DNA of 64,000 bases, taken from the IMG/VR virus record IMGVR_UViG_3300050821_003663, positions 39,678 through 103,677 of that record. One strand, given 5' to 3'. The notes below the pieces were generated by a model. That model did not search any database. It was not told where the DNA came from and was given only the letters and a program-made list of their open reading frames with translations. This DNA comes from a virus. Numbering within the stretch: position 1 is the stretch's first letter; every line of letters starts with the position of its first letter. The position numbers and the translations under genes were made by a program. Below are positions 40,058 through 48,566 of the stretch, one piece after another.

Positions 40058-41481
40058 AAAATCTGATCTTCATTCTCACATTGCTTGTCCCTATACCGGC
40101 GTTCGCCACCTTTGGTGCGGCGACCGCGTGGGATGTCAAGACGACTGGGGCAAATACGAATGGTGGCGGGTTTGACTCGGGCGTGGGTGCTCCCGGCACG
40201 GACGAAAGCCAAGGTTCAGGTACGGCAATCACATGCACCCTGACTGGAACCACAACCGCGACATGCTCTCCGGCGATCTCCGCAACGACGCACGGGCCGG
40301 GGAACTTTATCAACATCGCCAGCGGCTCCGGATGCACCACCGGATGGTACGAGATCCTTTCGCAATCAAGTGGCACCGCGACCTTCGATCACGCGATGGG
40401 AACTGCGACCGATGCATGTGTAGGGGTGGTGGGCGGCTCTTTGTCCACGATCCAACAGGCGAACACTAACTCCGTTGCCAGTAACGCTATCTGGTGCTCG
40501 GGAACCTACACCTTCACGACTACCCTTGCCGTCGCTCAATCAACGGTCAGCTTCATCGGCTATGGCTCGACTCACGGCGATGGAACACTCTGTTCATGGA
40601 CGACTGCTACCAACTCGACCGTAATCATCAACACGGGAAGCTCAAACGGCGGAACCCAGACGTTCCAAAACCTTAATCTGAGCAACACCGCTACGACGAA
40701 GGCAAGTGGCATTTACCAATTGAACGCTCACGGTACGACACAGGGCTGGAACTTTGTGAATGACACCTTCAACGGGTTCGCTGTGGCTATTGATTCCAGT
40801 GATGGCACTCCGGACGATGTGGCGTTCATCACAGTAGTCAACTCGCTCATCGAAAACAGCACAATCGCAGGCATATCAATGGGAGGGACCGATTTCGGCG
40901 TCCTCCGCATCTTCGGCAGTTCGTTCATCAGTAATGCTCAACACATCAGCATCAGCGACAACTCTCCGGTGACGATTGCTAGAACCATCTTCGCTGGATC
41001 GACGGCGGCTTTTGGGTTGAACATGGACTCGATTGATAGCACGACATTCGACAACTGTACGTTTGCCAACAACGTGAACAGCAGCGCGACGGTTGGCTTC
41101 ACGAGTAACAATGCGTTTTTCGCTTTGACGAACAACATCTTCTACGGGAATACGGGTCTCGGGCTAGCAGTTATAACGTCAACAGGAAATGGCGCAATCC
41201 GTGGTTTGGCAAGCAGCCACAGCAACGCTTTTGGAAATAATACTGGCGGAACAGGATGGCCGGGAAGCGTAGGAGATGTGGCACTGACCGCTAATCCGTT
41301 CACAAATGCCGGCTCAGGCGATTACTCGCTCAACTCGACGGCTGGCGGCGGGGCCGCACTGAAAGGTGCGGGATTCCCCGGCATCTTCCCCGGCGGAACA
41401 TCCACGGGACATGTTGACATCGGCGCAGTACAGAGTGCCGGATCTTCAACGACGGGGAATAATTTCGGAGTTTCTCAGTAG
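40054..41481 (+). CDS. secreted beta-helix protein
   Basis: Signal peptide ...IPAFA/T; beta-helix repeats; NPFTNAGSGDYSL...DIGAVQ C-terminal motif. Confidence 0.7.
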   Translation: MKNLIFILTLLVPIPAFATFGAATAWDVKTTGANTNGGGFDSGVGAPGTDESQGSGTAITCTLTGTTTATCSPAISATTHGPGNFINIASGSGCTTGWYEILSQSSGTATFDHAMGTATDACVGVVGGSLSTIQQANTNSVASNAIWCSGTYTFTTTLAVAQSTVSFIGYGSTHGDGTLCSWTTATNSTVIINTGSSNGGTQTFQNLNLSNTATTKASGIYQLNAHGTTQGWNFVNDTFNGFAVAIDSSDGTPDDVAFITVVNSLIENSTIAGISMGGTDFGVLRIFGSSFISNAQHISISDNSPVTIARTIFAGSTAAFGLNMDSIDSTTFDNCTFANNVNSSATVGFTSNNAFFALTNNIFYGNTGLGLAVITSTGNGAIRGLASSHSNAFGNNTGGTGWPGSVGDVALTANPFTNAGSGDYSLNSTAGGGAALKGAGFPGIFPGGTSTGHVDIGAVQSAGSSTTGNNFGVSQ

Positions 41482-41559
41482 TGTTAACCGTTCGGGCCAG
41501 TAATGGGCCAGCCGCGAGGTGACGGGGTAGCATCCAAACTAAGGGAGAGATAGATTGAC

Positions 41560-41778
41560 GTGACCCCAATGCGAGAGTGGCTGACGAGGGAGGAGACTCG
41601 ATCCTTGATAAAAGATGAATTGCAGCCGTACCACAACGACAATCTCCTGAAATTTGACAAGCTCTTTGAGGTAGTCAACCAGCTCAGAGGGGTTCTGAAG
41701 GCGCTGGGATTCCTTATCGGGGTTCCTGCTACCATAGTTGCGATTATCGAGATCATCAAGTTTTCTCGGGGGAACTGA
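41560..41778 (+). CDS. holin-like single-TM membrane protein
   Basis: Coiled N-terminus plus one C-terminal TM, immediately upstream of the endolysin. Confidence 0.5.
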   Translation: MTPMREWLTREETRSLIKDELQPYHNDNLLKFDKLFEVVNQLRGVLKALGFLIGVPATIVAIIEIIKFSRGN

Positions 41779-41783
41779 AGGGT

Positions 41784-42266
41784 ATGGCCTCGCCGCAACA
41801 GATCGCCGCCAGGTTGGCCGTTGTTCCGGCCGCTCAGGCCGCAATGAGCCAATATGGAGTACCTGCCTCGGTAACTCTCGCTCAATGGGAATTGGAGTCG
41901 GGCTGGGGAACAAGTAAACTCGCTACCGAAGCCAACAACTTCTTTGGTATAAAGGCGGAGCATCTGAACGACCCGAATACCTACGAGGAGTTCCCAACGT
42001 GGGAGTATGAGAACGGCCAGCGCGTCTTGGTTGAAGCGGACTTCGAGAGGTATCCGGATGCGGCTTCTAGCTTCGCAGATCACGGAAGACTGTTATCTCA
42101 AGCTACTCGCTATGCGCCCGCGATGGCTGTCAAGGATGATCCTTACGCTTTTGCCAACGAGCTTCAAGCCTGCGGTTACTCGTCGTCGCCGGATTACGGA
42201 ACCAGCTTGGGAAATATCATCCGGGGAGCGAATCTCACGCAGTACGATCTACCCCAAGGAGGGTGA
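41784..42266 (+). CDS. endolysin, GH73 (FlgJ-like glucosaminidase)
   Basis: GVPASVTLAQWELESGWG, NNFFGIKA, GYSSSPDY motifs. Confidence 0.9.
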   Translation: MASPQQIAARLAVVPAAQAAMSQYGVPASVTLAQWELESGWGTSKLATEANNFFGIKAEHLNDPNTYEEFPTWEYENGQRVLVEADFERYPDAASSFADHGRLLSQATRYAPAMAVKDDPYAFANELQACGYSSSPDYGTSLGNIIRGANLTQYDLPQGG

Positions 42267-42269
42267 CTC

Positions 42270-42677
42270 ATGCACACACTCGCACTGATCCTCACGGCAG
42301 TAACGCTCACGATCCCGCCGGCAGCGAAGACCCTTGCAGTGGTGGTCGCGGTCTACGGTGTATTGCAGGGCCTCAAGAAGATCCCAGCGCTAACAGCATT
42401 CCTGACGGGATGGAAAGCCGTGGCTTTCAACGTGGTCTTCTCCGTCGTAGGACAGCTTGCCGTGATTCCGGCCGGCCAGCTTTACACAACTGACACACTC
42501 AACTCGATCATCCAGACGATAATCATGGTGTTGAGCGCTGCAGGAATTCACGGAACCGTTCGTTCGTTCAGTGCGCCAACAATGCAGGCAACAACGCCGC
42601 CTGACACGAAGGTGAAGGAAGTACCCGCAGAGCTCGTGCCGAAAGACCCTGCGGACATCCCAGTAAAGAAGGAATAG
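42270..42677 (+). CDS. holin-like multi-TM protein
   Basis: Several hydrophobic segments, charged C-tail, adjacent to endolysin. Confidence 0.6.
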   Translation: MHTLALILTAVTLTIPPAAKTLAVVVAVYGVLQGLKKIPALTAFLTGWKAVAFNVVFSVVGQLAVIPAGQLYTTDTLNSIIQTIIMVLSAAGIHGTVRSFSAPTMQATTPPDTKVKEVPAELVPKDPADIPVKKE

Positions 42678-42682
42678 CAACC

Positions 42683-43468
42683 ATGATGAGCACAATGTTC
42701 AACGAGCACGGGCTACTCCGTGACCTGAAACTAGGCCGCAGGGCTATCAAGACCGACTCGCGCACCTTGCGGCTGGCGAAATACTTCACCCCCGGACTCC
42801 CCGCGCCTCCGTCGTACCGGAACTGGTCGAAAGGCATCCAGCAGTGGGGCATGATGCTCAACGACAACCTTGGGGACTGTACCATCGCTGCGGTTGGCCA
42901 TGCAGTGCAAGGGCTGACGGCGAACGCATCGAAGGAAGTTACCGTGCCCGATTCCGTGGTGCTAGGCGCCTACGAAAAGTGGTGCGGGTACAACCCAGCC
43001 GATCCGAATTCCGATCAGGGCGGCATCTGCCTCGACGTGTTGAATGATTGGCGTCAGCAGGGATTCGGCGGTCACAAGCTTCTGGCGTACGCCTCCGTCC
43101 TGCCGGCGAATCAGTCTCACATCAAGCAGGCGATCAACCTCTTCGGTGGAACCTACATCGGAGTTGGGTTGCCGATCTCAGCGCAGAATCAGGTTGGCGG
43201 ACTGTGGGACGTTGTCCCGCAGAATGCCGCAGGAGACTCGACGGCGGGCTCGTGGGGAGGCCACTGCGTCTGGGTGCTGGCCTACAACGCTGTCAGCCTC
43301 ATCTGCGTCACCTGGGGCCAGCTACAGCGCATGACGTGGCGATTCTGGAACGCCTACGTCGATGAATCGTACGTGCCTATTTCTCCGGACTGGATTGCTG
43401 CTTCCGGCAAGGCGCCCAACGGATTCAACCTGGCTGCACTCCAGTCAGACCTTGTACAGGTAACGTAA
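42683..43468 (+). CDS. papain-like (C1-type) cysteine peptidase
   Basis: NDNLGDCTIAA (catalytic Cys), GGHCV (His), TWG. Confidence 0.75.
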   Translation: MMSTMFNEHGLLRDLKLGRRAIKTDSRTLRLAKYFTPGLPAPPSYRNWSKGIQQWGMMLNDNLGDCTIAAVGHAVQGLTANASKEVTVPDSVVLGAYEKWCGYNPADPNSDQGGICLDVLNDWRQQGFGGHKLLAYASVLPANQSHIKQAINLFGGTYIGVGLPISAQNQVGGLWDVVPQNAAGDSTAGSWGGHCVWVLAYNAVSLICVTWGQLQRMTWRFWNAYVDESYVPISPDWIAASGKAPNGFNLAALQSDLVQVT

Positions 43469-43487
43469 CTAGGAGGGGGAAGCTAAA

Positions 43488-43814
43488 ATGAAAAGTCACG
43501 CGGGGATTCTCTTGTTGTTCACTTTGGCGATGCCGTCTCTCGCCCAGGTTGCTCTTCCAACCGCGCTACCTAAAACCTCTACTGAGGCTGCCCAGCGGAC
43601 TATCGCAATGGACGACCAGATTCGAACGCTGGAGGAGCAACTCAAGCTGAACCCCACCTTCAAGGCGTGGCAGCGCTTGAAGGAAGAGCGGCAACAAATG
43701 AGTAACCTTGCAGACACGATGCGCGTCAGCGAGGACGAAGCGGCCAGCCGTGCTGCCCATCAAGCTGCAATAGACGCTGCATTGAAGAAAGCCCAGCAGA
43801 ATCCACCAAAGTAG
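43488..43814 (+). CDS. secreted coiled-coil protein
   Basis: Signal peptide ...MPSLA/Q; helical body. Confidence 0.6.
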   Translation: MKSHAGILLLFTLAMPSLAQVALPTALPKTSTEAAQRTIAMDDQIRTLEEQLKLNPTFKAWQRLKEERQQMSNLADTMRVSEDEAASRAAHQAAIDAALKKAQQNPPK

Positions 43815-43827
43815 GGAGATCACCATC

Positions 43828-44082
43828 ATGGAAATCAAGCGTTTTATCGTTACATCCAAAGAGACCGGAGCAGTCGTAGCCGCTGTCTACGCCGAAACGA
43901 TTCAGGACCAAGGGACGGACGGGGTCAATTTTATGATCGGCGAAATACCCGTGGCCTGGGCGGATACGAATCTGTCCAACGTCAGCGAATCGGGTAAGGC
44001 GAAAGACTGGCCTACACATCTAGTTTCGAGTGCTGAGGTAGTTCCTTACACTTGCATGATGTCCGGCCGCAATCAACTCTGA
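43828..44082 (+). CDS. hypothetical protein
   Basis: SD GGGAG; coupled to next gene. Confidence 0.5.
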   Translation: MEIKRFIVTSKETGAVVAAVYAETIQDQGTDGVNFMIGEIPVAWADTNLSNVSESGKAKDWPTHLVSSAEVVPYTCMMSGRNQL

Positions 44083-44525
44083 TGCTCATAGCTCAATTCT
44101 CGACCGACAACGATCCCGAGTCCGCGACAATCCGTTGGGCTACGAACGGCTCGTACTCCCACGTAGACCTAGTGCTACCGGAGGGCCTGCTGGGAGCAAG
44201 GGCAAAGGGCGGAGTGCAGCTTCGGCCGTTTGGCTACAAAACCTTCACCATGACCGAGAAGGTAGCGTGTACGGTTACGAACGAAGCGGCCGCGATTGAC
44301 TTCGCCAAGGCGCAGATCGGCAAGCACTATAACTTCGAAGCGATTCTGGATATGGTGCTCCACCGGGAGCGCAGCTTCACGTTCGATCAGCCGACGTGGT
44401 ACTGCGATGAACTTCTTTACGCGGCCGTCTTGGCCGGCGGTCTACAATTGCTCAACACAGACAACCCCATCGGGCTTACCCCGTGGGAAGTCTTTCTTAG
44501 CCCCTTCTGGAAACCCATCACGTAA
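44082..44525 (+). CDS. permuted papain-like NlpC/P60 enzyme (YiiX/YaeF-like)
   Basis: YSHVDL (His first), AQIGKHYN, WYCDEL (Cys last). Confidence 0.8.
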   Translation: MLIAQFSTDNDPESATIRWATNGSYSHVDLVLPEGLLGARAKGGVQLRPFGYKTFTMTEKVACTVTNEAAAIDFAKAQIGKHYNFEAILDMVLHRERSFTFDQPTWYCDELLYAAVLAGGLQLLNTDNPIGLTPWEVFLSPFWKPIT

Positions 44526-44542
44526 AAAAGGAGAAACACACA

Positions 44543-45151
44543 ATGAAAAGGCTTCTCATCAAATACCACCGTCAGCTAACCATGCTGGCTTGCGTTTTAT
44601 TTATCGGGATCTGCGCGATGGCGATGGCCGGCTGCGGAGTTCCCACCTGGCTGTCGGACGCCTCACAGATCATTGGCATGGTAGGAACCAGCGTCACGGC
44701 TATCGGTGCGTTCATCGCTGGCCTGACAGGCAACGCTGCTTTGGCGGCCGCGCTCGCAACAATCAGTGCATGGATCACGAAAGTCGAAACCGGAATCGCC
44801 GATCTCGAAGAGCTCGTGAGCCAGTACAACGCCGCGCCCACTCCGGGGCTGCTTGCGAATATCGAAGCCGCTCTGGCCGATGTCAGTGCAAACCTCGCAA
44901 CAGACTTCAGCAATCTTGGATTACCGAGCGGCATCCTGAATGTCATCGCGGGGATCGCAGCGCTCGCGCTCTCTCAACTGGAAGCATGGGGCAGCTTGAT
45001 CCCTGCGCTGCAGGCTAAGCCGATGGCCTCGTTCACCATCAAGACGCCGTACACGAAGGCTGAGTACAAGGCGCTGGTGAATAAGATCCTGACGACACCA
45101 ACCGGCGACAAGATGGTCGACGCCGCGCTGGCAAAAGTAAAGAAGATGTAG
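44543..45151 (+). CDS. lipoprotein with long hydrophobic helices
   Basis: Lipobox MAGC; Ala/Leu-rich amphipathic helices; last gene before terminator. Confidence 0.7.
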   Translation: MKRLLIKYHRQLTMLACVLFIGICAMAMAGCGVPTWLSDASQIIGMVGTSVTAIGAFIAGLTGNAALAAALATISAWITKVETGIADLEELVSQYNAAPTPGLLANIEAALADVSANLATDFSNLGLPSGILNVIAGIAALALSQLEAWGSLIPALQAKPMASFTIKTPYTKAEYKALVNKILTTPTGDKMVDAALAKVKKM

Positions 45152-45183
45152 AATCGGGGAAGCCGACCCGCAGCATCAAGAGA

Positions 45184-45212
45184 GCCTCTCCTTCGGGGGA
45201 GGTTTTCTTTTT
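45184..45212 (+). terminator. intrinsic terminator
   Basis: GCCTCTCC-TTCG-GGGGAGGT followed by T-tract. Confidence 0.8.
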
Positions 45213-45282
45213 AGCCTACATGGGCTATGCTGGATCCACCTGTCCCGCTACGGCGGACGATTTTGATGCAAGAGGAGCGTAC

Positions 45283-45936
45283 ATGACAAAGAAAAACAGG
45301 AAGGGTCCGAAGGTGGGTCAGGGCATGAAACCACGATTTCCGTCCGCAACAGCGGTACAGCAGGAAGAGGCAAAACAGCCGGCGGAAGGGGTGTCGGAAC
45401 CGGTCGAAAGTATTGGTAGCCTAGAAGGGGAAAAAGTCCAAAATTTGGACCAAGTGCCCGTTGCAGCAGACCCCCCTCTAAACGCGGAAGAAATCGCCGA
45501 TTCGACAGCGGAATCTGAAGCCGTCACGACCGCCCGCAAGAACCTCGAAGATCTGATGCGAGACACGACGACGGCGGTCGGAGGGGCGGCTGGTGGGGAG
45601 ATGACGACGGAGGAGAAAGAAGCGTTCAAGCAACAAAGGACAAGCGCCCCCCGCATCATCGTTCCCCGCGACAAGATGCCATCCATTGCGGATATCGAAG
45701 CAGCGATGGACAAGGGCAGCCGGATCCAGCTTGAGCCGGATGGCGCAGTTTTCATCGGTCCCGGCCTGGGGCTGCAGAAAGACGGAACCTTCGGCATAGT
45801 CCTCACGCTTCCGGAGGGATTGATCGACCCCATCCGAGAGCAAGCGGAGTCCGACAAGATCTCACCGGAGGAGTGGTGCCGGATGCGGTTCCTGGAGTAC
45901 ATCGAGAGCTGGTGGTCGGCGCCAAAGGGTAGGTAG
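45283..45936 (+). CDS. hypothetical protein
   Basis: ATG after AGAGGAG; disordered N-half. Confidence 0.6.
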   Translation: MTKKNRKGPKVGQGMKPRFPSATAVQQEEAKQPAEGVSEPVESIGSLEGEKVQNLDQVPVAADPPLNAEEIADSTAESEAVTTARKNLEDLMRDTTTAVGGAAGGEMTTEEKEAFKQQRTSAPRIIVPRDKMPSIADIEAAMDKGSRIQLEPDGAVFIGPGLGLQKDGTFGIVLTLPEGLIDPIREQAESDKISPEEWCRMRFLEYIESWWSAPKGR

Positions 45937-46230
45937 ATGCCGGTCTACGTAGCGGTTGTGAGAATCGCGCAGTGCTGCATTTGTACCCAGCAGTGGGGGC
46001 TGGCTGCGGGGGAGCCGTACCCGGACGCCTGTAAGGTATGCGGTTCGACGGAGTGGATGTGGGGTCCGGAGTCGAAGGACACGCGGCTTATCCGGCAGGG
46101 GATCAGCAGGCTGAGGCGAAGGCTGAATCCTGGGGTAGCTTCCAAGAAGCGGCAGGATCGAGCGAAGGCTCAGTGGCAGGGGTTCAAGCCGAAACCGGAG
46201 GTGCAGGATGCCAGCGAGAAAGCTGACTGA
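45937..46230 (+). CDS. Zn-ribbon protein
   Basis: CCIC.QQW...PDACKVCGSTEW. Confidence 0.6.
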   Translation: MPVYVAVVRIAQCCICTQQWGLAAGEPYPDACKVCGSTEWMWGPESKDTRLIRQGISRLRRRLNPGVASKKRQDRAKAQWQGFKPKPEVQDASEKAD

Positions 46231-46420
46231 CGAGCAGGTGGCCGACATTCGGTCTTACCTCGCCGCGCACCGTTGGAAAGGGGCGAAGAAGGCGATTGCC
46301 GCGAAGTATCGCGTCGACATCAGGACGGTCCTCTCGATAGAGAAGAGGGATTATCTCTTCGCGCACCCTGAAGAGCGAGCGCGAGAAAAAGCGGGTGCAG
46401 TGATGATGGGATTGGCATAG
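46208..46420 (+). CDS. small HTH protein
   Basis: KLTDEQVADIR...AIAAKYRVDIRTVLSI. Confidence 0.65.
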   Translation: MPARKLTDEQVADIRSYLAAHRWKGAKKAIAAKYRVDIRTVLSIEKRDYLFAHPEERAREKAGAVMMGLA

Positions 46421-46429
46421 GATTGGCGC

Positions 46430-46795
46430 ATGGCACAGCCGGGGCAGCTACAAGTCGGCCAACTGTATCTGGGGTTCAACCGGAACGGGTTGCCAGTGTG
46501 GAGCCAGCCAGGGGGGATCGGTACACCGGTGTTCCCGCAGCTTCCGACGATCTTCCCGTGGAACGGCCAGCGCGAAGACACCCATGACCAGTACGAGTGG
46601 CCGGCGGCCTACTCAAGCCTGTACGTGCTGGGGTGCGGTCACCCGAGCAACTGTCTGGAGATCTACTCCTACTTCGACAAGTACGCGGACGAGATCATGG
46701 CGCTGATCTGCTGTGGGCAGTGCAGCTACATCAACGAGATCATGCCGTACACGCAGTATCAGAGCTACCTCGAAACGCCGCTGGTGGTGACGTAG
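46430..46795 (+). CDS. hypothetical Cys-containing protein
   Basis: GCGH...CCGQC. Confidence 0.55.
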   Translation: MAQPGQLQVGQLYLGFNRNGLPVWSQPGGIGTPVFPQLPTIFPWNGQREDTHDQYEWPAAYSSLYVLGCGHPSNCLEIYSYFDKYADEIMALICCGQCSYINEIMPYTQYQSYLETPLVVT

Positions 46796-46972
46796 CGCGA
46801 TGCGACACTGGGATGCTCCGAGACCGAGTAGCTTTCGCGTGGCCATCCCACACTCTCGCTCCTTTCTCTCCGGAAACGATGACGTCTTGCTAGGCCAAGA
46901 CCTGTGGAGGTGGAGCACCGAAGAAGAGGAGTTCCTTTCTCGGCTGTCAGGCGCCTACGAGGTAATCCCTAC

Positions 46973-47299
46973 GTGATAGTCGAAGCCATCATCAAGTGCC
47001 CCACGTGCAAGCTGATGTTCGTGCAGGGGACGGAGTCACGGCTGGGGTTCTGTCCGAGCTGCTTACGGCTGCATGGGGTTCCGAAGGATCCGGTGGTGAT
47101 CGCCGGCCGCAAGTTGGAGCTTCGAGTGCTGCTACCGGCCGGGGAGGGCATCCTGAACGCAGAGGTAAGGCGCGGCCTGGACGTGTTGGTACTGGGGGAC
47201 ATGTGCCCGCATGGATGGCTGACCGGGATTTTATGCGAAATATGTGGACCCTCCTGCAACGAGGTGCTTGACAATGATTGCGAGGAAGCGCATATTTAG
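46973..47299 (+). CDS. Zn-finger hypothetical protein
   Basis: GTG after GAGGT; CPTC, CPSC, CEIC motifs. Confidence 0.5.
   Translation: MIVEAIIKCPTCKLMFVQGTESRLGFCPSCLRLHGVPKDPVVIAGRKLELRVLLPAGEGILNAEVRRGLDVLVLGDMCPHGWLTGILCEICGPSCNEVLDNDCEEAHI
47268..47296 (+). promoter_or_regulatory. sigma70-type promoter
   Basis: TTGACA-17 bp-CATATT upstream of the accessory gene block. Confidence 0.65.
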
Positions 47300-47357
47300 C
47301 AGACTGACGGCTGGGGAACCACAAAAACCGTCAAATTGATAGTGCAACGGAGGGTCA

Positions 47358-47516
47358 ATGACCTGGAGAGATAAAACAGTAATCCGCATTTTGATGCTAG
47401 TGGCGACTTTGATTGCCCGCGAGGAGTGGAAGAAGGAGGTCTCGGGGCTTGCGGCCCACCTGACATTCATTCCGGAAGAGCGCGTCGAGCCAGCGGCAAC
47501 CAAAACCCAAAACTAG
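47358..47516 (+). CDS. small protein, 52 aa (not in ORF track)
   Basis: GGAGGG then ATG; MTWRDKTVIRILMLVATLIAREEW... Confidence 0.55.
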   Translation: MTWRDKTVIRILMLVATLIAREEWKKEVSGLAAHLTFIPEERVEPAATKTQN

Positions 47517-47532
47517 GACGGCAGGTGTCCTG

Positions 47533-47634
47533 CCGCCTGTACAGCGGTCCTTGGGGTTCGAGGCCCCCTGCGGTATTGGAGATGGACTCGGGATGTAGGA
47601 CCACGGCGCCGGCACTGTGGGGCTGTACAGGCGG
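47533..47634 (+). ncRNA. candidate structured RNA or cis-element
   Basis: Perfect 13-bp closing inverted repeat enclosing further hairpins, intergenic. Confidence 0.4.
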
Positions 47635-47643
47635 GAGGGCATC

Positions 47644-47784
47644 ATGGAGAAGCAGCAACAGCGATGGTTTGACAGGTTCAAGGGACCGCACGTCTTTGAG
47701 TTCTCCTACTGGCGTTGCCAGAAAGGTAAGTGCTTCTGCGGCCAGCCGAAGGATAGCCCGGTCCACATCGAGGAGCCAGCTTGA
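47644..47784 (+). CDS. small protein, 46 aa (not in ORF track)
   Basis: GGGAGGG SD; H...C....C.C.......H possible Zn site. Confidence 0.5.
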   Translation: MEKQQQRWFDRFKGPHVFEFSYWRCQKGKCFCGQPKDSPVHIEEPA

Positions 47785-48008
47785 AACCCAAGGGGACAAG
47801 GGAAGTACGGGGGATGGTGACCGTGGCGGAATTCAAGCTACTGCGGCAGGCGCTCCGGTCGGCAAAGCTCGAAGAATGCAGTTGGAGTAAAGATCAGAAG
47901 GAGGCGGCCAGCGTGTACCTGAACTCGTGGGTAGTTTCGCCGCTGCAGCGAGTTATCGAGGCTATCGAGGTTAGGCACAAGAGGCGAGTGGAGAAGGAAT
48001 CCACATGA
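47781..48008 (+). CDS. hypothetical protein
   Basis: Overlapping starts/stops with neighbours. Confidence 0.45.
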   Translation: MKPKGTREVRGMVTVAEFKLLRQALRSAKLEECSWSKDQKEAASVYLNSWVVSPLQRVIEAIEVRHKRRVEKEST

Positions 48009-48271
48009 GCTTCATCAACAAGATCAAGTGCAACTTCTGTGCGACGGAGTCGCTTGAGTATCGAGGCTGGAGGGTCGTGAGGACGGCCGACAACGTGTTT
48101 ACTCTGAGGGCGTCCACATCGCTCTCGGACGCACACGTGAACGGTGGAGAGGATTGCTGCTCTGAGGGGTGTGCAATCAAGGCTTTACAGCAGTGGTTAG
48201 GAACAGGGGAGGGGACGAATGGGAGACGAGGGGCTACACCCACAAATCCGACACAACATCGCCCAGAGTGA
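48005..48271 (+). CDS. hypothetical Zn-binding protein
   Basis: CNFC...CCSEGC. Confidence 0.55.
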   Translation: MSFINKIKCNFCATESLEYRGWRVVRTADNVFTLRASTSLSDAHVNGGEDCCSEGCAIKALQQWLGTGEGTNGRRGATPTNPTQHRPE

Positions 48272-48566
48272 GATCGAGGGCGGAGTCTGGCTGAAGGACG
48301 TTCCGGTGGGGAAGGTTCTACTGGTACAGACGAACAACACCCTCTACCGGTTGGAACATCGTGAGGATGGGTGGTGGATTCAGGGTCACGCGAAGTATTG
48401 CCCGGAGCCCACGAAGACTACCATCGCGGGGTCGACTTGGGGCGGATCAATGTTGAAAATCGGCTGGGTTGGGCGAGAGATGCATTTGGAATTTCACGTC
48501 GACGCATTCCCGTTTTCGATCACGACATCGACAATTCAGGACGTAAAAGAGGAAACGCATGGTTAG
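48219..48566 (+). CDS. hypothetical protein
   Basis: SD GGAGGGG; globular-looking sequence. Confidence 0.6.
   Translation: MGDEGLHPQIRHNIAQSEIEGGVWLKDVPVGKVLLVQTNNTLYRLEHREDGWWIQGHAKYCPEPTKTTIAGSTWGGSMLKIGWVGREMHLEFHVDAFPFSITTSTIQDVKEETHG

Noticed and set aside
25589-41481. Diversity-generating retroelement or invertase-based tip switching
   Set aside because: No reverse transcriptase, TR/VR pair, invertase or inverted cassettes seen
47550-47570. tRNA gene suggested by GGGGTTCGAGGCCCC
   Set aside because: No acceptor, D or anticodon arms in the correct order; kept only as part of a candidate ncRNA
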